Source of the DNA: a virus
Strand: one strand, 5' to 3'
DNA length: 49,013 nt
UHGV virus genome: UHGV-0069399
Shown here piece after piece: positions 43,557 to 49,013 of this stretch (within the stretch, counting starts at the first letter, position 1; each line of letters begins with the position of its first letter). The notes beneath the pieces are model-generated. The model saw only the letters and a program-made list of their open reading frames with translations. It searched no databases and was not told where the DNA came from. The position numbers and the translations under genes were made by a program.

Positions 43557-43753
43557 TGAACACTCTTTTCGCGTTAGTGCTGACCATTGGCATGACCAAC
43601 GGTGATTATCAGGATGTTGTACTGGGTGTTTATGGCGACCAGCAGCAATGTGAGCAGGCAGCTGTTGAGCAGCAGGTTTCAGGTAGCTGCTACCCAGTTG
43701 AAAGGATCATCAGTAGTGAAGAATTACCTGCTCAGGCAGACGTTAAGTTCTGA
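43556..43753 (+). CDS. hypothetical early protein (65 aa) with hydrophobic N-terminus
   Basis: ATG overlaps the upstream stop; N-terminal hydrophobic segment. Confidence 0.4.
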   Translation: MNTLFALVLTIGMTNGDYQDVVLGVYGDQQQCEQAAVEQQVSGSCYPVERIISSEELPAQADVKF

Positions 43754-43757
43754 GGAA

Positions 43758-43922
43758 ATGATGATGCAGACCAAATGCGGTTATTGCAACAAGCCGGTTA
43801 AACCGGAAGAAGTAATCAAAAGCACCCTTCTCTATCGCAACGGCTCACAGCTGGCACGCAAAGAGAAAGAGTATTGTTCCAAACGTTGCGCTTCGCACGA
43901 CCAGATGGCTCACGAAGGCTAA
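43758..43922 (+). CDS. small zinc-ribbon protein (54 aa; possibly YdaE-like)
   Basis: GAGGA RBS then a triple ATG; CGYCNK...CSKRC four-Cys motif. Confidence 0.5.
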   Translation: MMMQTKCGYCNKPVKPEEVIKSTLLYRNGSQLARKEKEYCSKRCASHDQMAHEG

Positions 43923-44061
43923 CGTAAAACCCGCGCAAGGCGGGATCTACGTCCGGTGCCACCGACCAAAGTTACACCGGAAACAACATCAAAACCAAAG
44001 TTAACCCAATGGGCGCTATCAATGGTCCGGGGATTCTAACACCCAAAAATGAGGATCTCAC

Positions 44062-46992
44062 ATGGAATTTCCATATGTAGTTAAAGCCACACAAAAGTCG
44101 GGAAAGCCTGATGCTTTTGTCTGGTTCACTGCAAAAACTGAGGCTCGCGCCAACCTGATGCTGGACGTTGCTCTGGAAGACGCTGGCATCGAAACCGGCC
44201 GTGGTAAGGACTACGCCAAGCCTATCCGCACTGACTTCCCAGTTGTTGATGACCTTCCGGAAGAAGGTGAAGTTGATTTCACCTGGTGTGATCGTTACGA
44301 ACTGCAGGACGACGGGCGCATCTGGCTGCCAAAGGCCGCTGGCGACGTTGTCACCACTATCCCTGCCGATGTAAAAAATACCGATGAAGTAGCGACATCT
44401 GACGAGAATGTATCGTTAGAAAACCGCACTCCAGCAGTCCGTTTTGCCTTCCATCTGATGAGCGATAAATACCAGACTCACGTCACTAAAGAGCAGCAGC
44501 TGGCTGCCAGCGAAATGTCACTGGACGAAAGCAATACCTATCTCCAGAACTTGCTGCAGGTTAAAAATGATGTTCCTGAAATTGGCGAACTCAGTCTGAA
44601 TGCTGAGTGGAAAATGATTCAGGCGATTAAAGACATCTTCGAACAGGGTGAAGAGCATGAACCTGAAGTGATCGCTGCTTTCATGTCTGACTGGGTGAAC
44701 GCAGAAGCAGGTGATCGCAATCAACTGGTTGAAGACTGGCGCAGTGGAAAGTTTCCTCTGCTCAAAACTGAAACCACCAGCGTTGGTGATGAAGTCGGTC
44801 CCGAAGAACAATCTCAGCAGCCAGAGCAGCCGAACCTGATCGTCGTAGCCACCCTGCCATTCCGTCAGCGCGTACTGGCTCAGTTCATCGGTAATGGTGA
44901 ATATCTCTATCACGTCGATGCCGCGCAGAAAAAAGAGATTGTCCGCCTTGAGATGGACACTGATGACACGTACATCCAGAACCTGCTGCTGGCTGCTGAG
45001 AATGTGGAGGCATTCAAAAAAGCCATTGAGCACGATATTCATAAAGTCGTGAATGCCGTTAAGAAAGTCTTCCCTGTCGACGGTAAGAAACCGGAGCTGG
45101 CAACAGTTATCCAGTTCCTGACGGTGTGGTTCAAAACTGAATACATCGATCGCGGCCTGCTGGTCAAGGAATGGCAGAAAGGCAATCGTGTAACAACCAT
45201 TAATCGCACACCTTCAGGTGCGAACGCCGGCGGCGGCATTGTCTCTGACCGAAAATTCCCGCAAACCATTCTCGGTCTGGAGCATGAGATTGCTCTGGCG
45301 TTACGTGCCCGTGACCGCGAATTTGATATTTACAACGTCCCTCTGGATATAGAACTACAGGCAAACTCCATCATGAATAAGATGGACGATCCCGAATGGC
45401 TGGCGACTCGAGAGAGATTCGTTTCAATTCCTGGTGGCCTGGACTACTCACGTGCCTGCATCATCGCAACAGTAAAAACCACACCAGAGGGGCTTTATGC
45501 TGATCCTGTAAAACACCAAGAATATTTGAATAGAGTACTTACGGAAACCGACCACGCCAACCCAGATCCATTGCTCGTTGATATAGCCTGCGGTCGTTCG
45601 TCTATGCCTGTACCTATGAAACAGGAAAAAGTAACGGCCGAAGAGGTAAACAAAATTCTTGCAGCTTCCCGCGGAGAATATGTCGAGGGGATTAGTGACC
45701 CTACAGACCCGAAATGGATCACAGAAGACCTCGCATTAACCGCCCAACAAATAGATGACCGTTCACCACTTAATAAGGAAACCACCAGCAATGTGCAGAT
45801 GGAAGAAACTGTCAGTGATGAAGAGCAGTCAGGCGAAAGCAGTCTGGAAACTGGTGAAGAGTCACATACCGGCCAGCAAGCCGATGTAAACCAGAATGCG
45901 GATTCTGTCGCCCAAAATAGCGATTTTGTAAACCAAACCGAACCGGTTGCGGCACAAATCAAGCCAGAATCTCATTCTGACGAACCGGCTGTTGTGTACC
46001 CTGCTTACTTTGAGCCAGGCCGCTATGAAGGATTGTCGAACGAGGTTTATCACGCAGCGAACGGTATCAGCTCAACCCAGGTGAAAGACGCACGTGTCAG
46101 CCTGATGTTCTATCACGGCCGTCACGTGACCAAGACTATCCGTCGCGAAAGCAGCGAGGCGCTGACGTTAGGTAGCCTGGCGCACACCCTGGCCCTGGAG
46201 CCCGAAAAGCTCCACGAAGAGTTTGCGGTATTCCCAGGTATTCCGGCTGAGGCGTTTACCACCACCGACTCCATGAAGGCGTTCATTCGAGAATTTAACG
46301 CGGATAAGCCAAAGGCCGAGCAACTGAAGCTCACCGGTAAGAAAGAAGAACTTCAGGCGGCGATACGCGCGGTCAGCCCGGAGGCCATTTTCGCTGATGA
46401 ATTTGAGCAGCAATGGCGTGATAGCGTTGATGGGAAAACCATCCTGTCCAGAGAACAACTGACGCTGGCCACGGCAATTCAGCAAGCCCTACTGAATCAT
46501 GAATCAGCCGGGAAACTGCTGCGCCATCCTTCCCGTTCAGTGGAAACCAGTTATTTCGGGATGGACGACGAAACCGGTCTGGAAGTCCGTGTGCGCCCTG
46601 ACCTTGAGGTTGAAATCAACGGCGTTCGTATCGGTGTTGACCTGAAGACGATCAGCATGGGACGCGTTAAGCAAGACGGTTTGCGCGCCAAACTGCACCG
46701 GGAAATCATCGACCGCGACTACCACCTCAGCGCTGGCATGTATTGCTCCGTTGCCGACTTTGATCAGTTCTTCTGGATCTTCGTCAACAAAGACGAGGGC
46801 TACCACTGGGTGGCGGTAATTGAGGCATCGGAAGATTTGCTCGACCTCGGGCTGCTGGAGTATCAGCGCACCATGCGTGCACTCGCAAATGCGTATGACA
46901 CCGATTGCTGGTCTGCACCGATAACCGAAGACTACACCGACGAACTGAACGACTTCGACCTGCGCTGCCTTGAAGCGCTGCGTCTGGCTTAA
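44062..46992 (+). CDS. recE: RecE-like exonuclease VIII (C-terminal PD-(D/E)xK exonuclease) with long acidic N-terminal region
   Basis: 976 aa; acidic low-complexity middle; C-terminal ~300 aa are nuclease-like; position directly upstream of the RecT-like gene as in Rac. Confidence 0.7.
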   Translation: MEFPYVVKATQKSGKPDAFVWFTAKTEARANLMLDVALEDAGIETGRGKDYAKPIRTDFPVVDDLPEEGEVDFTWCDRYELQDDGRIWLPKAAGDVVTTIPADVKNTDEVATSDENVSLENRTPAVRFAFHLMSDKYQTHVTKEQQLAASEMSLDESNTYLQNLLQVKNDVPEIGELSLNAEWKMIQAIKDIFEQGEEHEPEVIAAFMSDWVNAEAGDRNQLVEDWRSGKFPLLKTETTSVGDEVGPEEQSQQPEQPNLIVVATLPFRQRVLAQFIGNGEYLYHVDAAQKKEIVRLEMDTDDTYIQNLLLAAENVEAFKKAIEHDIHKVVNAVKKVFPVDGKKPELATVIQFLTVWFKTEYIDRGLLVKEWQKGNRVTTINRTPSGANAGGGIVSDRKFPQTILGLEHEIALALRARDREFDIYNVPLDIELQANSIMNKMDDPEWLATRERFVSIPGGLDYSRACIIATVKTTPEGLYADPVKHQEYLNRVLTETDHANPDPLLVDIACGRSSMPVPMKQEKVTAEEVNKILAASRGEYVEGISDPTDPKWITEDLALTAQQIDDRSPLNKETTSNVQMEETVSDEEQSGESSLETGEESHTGQQADVNQNADSVAQNSDFVNQTEPVAAQIKPESHSDEPAVVYPAYFEPGRYEGLSNEVYHAANGISSTQVKDARVSLMFYHGRHVTKTIRRESSEALTLGSLAHTLALEPEKLHEEFAVFPGIPAEAFTTTDSMKAFIREFNADKPKAEQLKLTGKKEELQAAIRAVSPEAIFADEFEQQWRDSVDGKTILSREQLTLATAIQQALLNHESAGKLLRHPSRSVETSYFGMDDETGLEVRVRPDLEVEINGVRIGVDLKTISMGRVKQDGLRAKLHREIIDRDYHLSAGMYCSVADFDQFFWIFVNKDEGYHWVAVIEASEDLLDLGLLEYQRTMRALANAYDTDCWSAPITEDYTDELNDFDLRCLEALRLA

Positions 46993-47006
46993 TGGAGGAT
47001 TTGACC

Positions 47007-48047
47007 ATGCAAAATACCAACATCATTACGACCGAGCAGGCACCAAACACCATTTCCGCCAGCAACGCTGTGTTCAACGTGCAGGCACTCGGCCAGCTTA
47101 CCTCTTTTGCTGAATTGATGGCGCAGTCTGTCGTCACCGTCCCCAAACACCTTGCGGGGAAACCCGCCGACTGTATGGCTATCGTCATGCAGGCTATGCA
47201 GTGGGGAATGAACCCATATGCAGTTGCCCAGAAAACACACCTGGTCAACGGTGTGCTGGGTTACGAAGCGCAGCTGGTTAACGCAGTGATCTCCAGTTCC
47301 AGCGCCATTATTGGCCGCTTCCATTACGAGTACGGCGGTGACTGGGAGAAGATCGCCGGGAAAAAAGACGGTCGTGATGAATTAGGTCTGTTTATCCGGG
47401 TTGGCGCCGTACTGCGCGGAGAAGAAGAAATTACCTGGGGCGAGCCAATCTACCTGGCAGATATCACCATACGTAACTCGCCACTGTGGAAAACAGCGCC
47501 GAAGCAGCAGATCGCTTATCTGGCAGTGAAGTACTGGGCTCGCCTGTACTGCCCAGAAGTCATCCTCGGCGTCTACAGTCCAGATGAAGTTGAGCCACGC
47601 ACTGAGAAAGAGATTAACCCGGCGCCGCAACGCGTTAGCCTGGCCGATATTTCAGGTGACACCGTCACAACCACGCAAAGCGCACAGGAATCGTCGGTAA
47701 ATATCGACTCTCTTGCCGATGATTTCCGCGAACGAATCGATGCCGCTCAGGATGTTGATAGTGCAAAAGCACTGCGCGCTGATATCGAAAGCGCGAAGGC
47801 CACACTCGGATCAGCCCTGTTCACCGAGCTGAAGAATAAGGCAGTGAAACGCTATTACCTGGTTGATTCACGTAACAAGGTTGAGGCCGCGATCAACTCC
47901 CTGCCGTCTCCGGACGAACCGGATGCAGCTGAACGGTTTGGGGAAGTTGAGCGAGTTCTTGCAACTGCGAAACGTCATCTGGGCGACGAGCTGCACGATC
48001 AGTTCAGCATCACCCTGGCGGATATGAAACCGGAATACGTTGGCTAA
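47007..48047 (+). CDS. recT: RecT-like single-strand annealing recombinase
   Basis: GGAGGA RBS before ATG 47007; coupled to recE (TAATG overlap at the ORF-track start 46992); C-terminal coiled-coil extension. Family call is positional plus general resemblance. Confidence 0.65.
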   Translation: MQNTNIITTEQAPNTISASNAVFNVQALGQLTSFAELMAQSVVTVPKHLAGKPADCMAIVMQAMQWGMNPYAVAQKTHLVNGVLGYEAQLVNAVISSSSAIIGRFHYEYGGDWEKIAGKKDGRDELGLFIRVGAVLRGEEEITWGEPIYLADITIRNSPLWKTAPKQQIAYLAVKYWARLYCPEVILGVYSPDEVEPRTEKEINPAPQRVSLADISGDTVTTTQSAQESSVNIDSLADDFRERIDAAQDVDSAKALRADIESAKATLGSALFTELKNKAVKRYYLVDSRNKVEAAINSLPSPDEPDAAERFGEVERVLATAKRHLGDELHDQFSITLADMKPEYVG

Positions 48048-48086
48048 CTGGGTTGGGAGGGTTCGCCCTCCCACTGAGGAGATGTA

Positions 48087-48329
48087 ATGCGACTAATTAA
48101 CCGTGCAAATCAGCAATCCCCGTTAGCGCGTCAGGCATGCGACATAGCACTGGCCACTCATGCAGAACGTTACGGCGACTATGGCCGCAGCAAGATGAAG
48201 GAAACGTACACGGTGAGAGTTGAAGGTGTGAAGGTCTGGGTGGAAGTGGTGAACCGTAAGGCTAGCTACGTGGCCACAGCAATGACAGGTATGCGTCGTT
48301 TGCGCGCGCTGCCGGGTCAGGTTTCTTGA
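48087..48329 (+). CDS. hypothetical protein (80 aa)
   Basis: ORF with GGAG RBS between recT and xis. Confidence 0.5.
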   Translation: MRLINRANQQSPLARQACDIALATHAERYGDYGRSKMKETYTVRVEGVKVWVEVVNRKASYVATAMTGMRRLRALPGQVS

Positions 48330-48374
48330 TATTACTTTTGGAAATGGCCCAGTTCGGGCCATTGGAGAAAAACG

Positions 48375-48575
48375 ATGGATGATATTTTGCTGACGTCAGA
48401 CCTGACCAGTCGATACAAAATCTCACGTAAAACCCTTTGGTCATGGCAAAGCACAGACACGATGCCGCGGGGTTTTGCGAAGCCGTTCCCCGCCCCGGAC
48501 TTCCCCGGTAACCCTAACCGCTGGAAGTCGGAGTCAGTCAAAGAGTGGGAAGGTGTGAAACAGCCAATTAACTGA
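48375..48575 (+). CDS. xis: excisionase / AlpA-family small DNA-binding protein
   Basis: 66 aa; ISRKTLWSW...MPRGFAKP resembles AlpA/Xis-type winged-helix proteins; adjacent to the integrase. Confidence 0.7.
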   Translation: MDDILLTSDLTSRYKISRKTLWSWQSTDTMPRGFAKPFPAPDFPGNPNRWKSESVKEWEGVKQPIN

Positions 48576-49013
48576 ACGGCTCACCGATGATGTTTTCAAG
48601 ATGGCTCTGCCAAACGTGGAGCCAGTGTTTTTGATCATCGATGTAGTCATGCAGGTTATAGTGCGCCATCACGCCAACCATTTGGTGACCAAGTAACTTT
48701 TCAATCACATGCGGCGGACAGCCAAGTTCTGAAAGATTTGTTGCGATTGTTCTTCTCATATCATGGAGAGACCAGGGCTCCATGCCGGATTCTGACCAAA
48801 TATACCTGGCGTAGTTCGAAGCAACTGGCGGATGAACCGGGACGTCTTTAATTTCCCCATCCAATAAGCGCTGTGAAGTGACTAAATGCTTTGTGTTGAT
48901 CTTCTCAAGATGATTTTTTACCAGTCCCACCGCAGCATCAGAAAGAGCCCTTCTCATGTGCACTCGCGTTTTGTAACTTCCAGCAGGAACTATCCATTCA
49001 TTTTCATCCAGCT
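48568..49013 (-). CDS. int: tyrosine integrase, P4-type (C-terminal catalytic part; gene continues beyond the window edge)
   Basis: HDMRRTIAT ... LLGH ... AHYNLHDY box II and catalytic Tyr region; the reading frame stays open to position 49013, where upstream residues read ...[13 protein letters not shown] like the P4-family VPL region. Confidence 0.85.
   Translation of the reverse strand, partial: LDENEWIVPAGSYKTRVHMRRALSDAAVGLVKNHLEKINTKHLVTSQRLLDGEIKDVPVHPPVASNYARYIWSESGMEPWSLHDMRRTIATNLSELGCPPHVIEKLLGHQMVGVMAHYNLHDYIDDQKHWLHVWQSHLENIIGEPFS

Larger units (their letters stand above)
3232..49013. mobile_element. lambdoid (Rac/lambda-like) siphovirus prophage, right end truncated by the window
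   Basis: Contiguous modules for integration, recombination, immunity, replication, nin, Q, lysis, packaging, head and tail; bounded on the left by a tRNA fragment and terminator. Confidence 0.85.

Noticed and set aside
43195-43605. Overlapping ORFs of 112-136 aa in the early-left promoter region
   Set aside because: Mutually overlapping on both strands across the palindromic promoter region; only the 66-aa ORF at 43356 has a credible RBS, so the rest are taken as non-coding.
1-49013. CRISPR array or rRNA genes
   Set aside because: No regularly spaced short direct repeats with unique spacers and no rRNA-like conserved segments were seen. The only repeat clusters are the O-gene iterons and the 19-bp direct repeat pair.

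Overview
This window is mostly one Rac/lambda-like siphovirus prophage from an enterobacterial-type genome, running from about 3.3 kb to the right edge, where the integrase is cut off by the window end. Right to left it carries: a P4-type tyrosine integrase (partial) and AlpA-type excisionase; a rightward early operon with small proteins, a RecE-like exonuclease and a RecT-like annealase; an immunity region with an HTH-only RacR-like repressor divergent from YdaS/Cro-like and YdaT-like genes; replication genes (lambda O-like initiator with an internal iteron origin, DnaC-like loader); a nin-like region (MazG/DUF550-like, an AT-rich HEPN-like two-gene islet, a LexA-boxed DinI-like gene, NinG, an HNH endonuclease, a Q-like antiterminator); a Cys-rich lipoprotein; the lysis cassette (dual-start pinholin, SAR endolysin, Rz with embedded Rz1); a stretch of small accessory genes; terminase, portal, head and tail genes including a G/G-T -1 frameshift and tape measure; two convergent inserted genes between the tape measure and gpM (a lipoprotein and a membrane-anchored DUF4041/T5orf172 protein); M-L-K-I-J; a Cor-like lipoprotein; a side tail fibre; and at the far left an SOS module (consensus LexA box, DinI-like gene, and a small ORF coupled to a UmuD'-like gene that starts at the cleavage-site Gly). 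Left of the prophage are a 3' tRNA-Pro fragment with terminator (an integration junction), an AT-rich two-gene islet of unknown function, and a yedK-like SRAP gene. No CRISPR array, rRNA or intact tRNA was found. The best candidates for an undescribed system are the AT-rich two-gene islet (1000-3030), the HEPN-like overlapping pair (38422-39227), the DUF4041/T5orf172 gene in the tail operon (13268-14881) and the LexA-controlled small-ORF/UmuD'-like operon (3319-3953). All family assignments are from reading the translations by eye; nothing was searched against a database.
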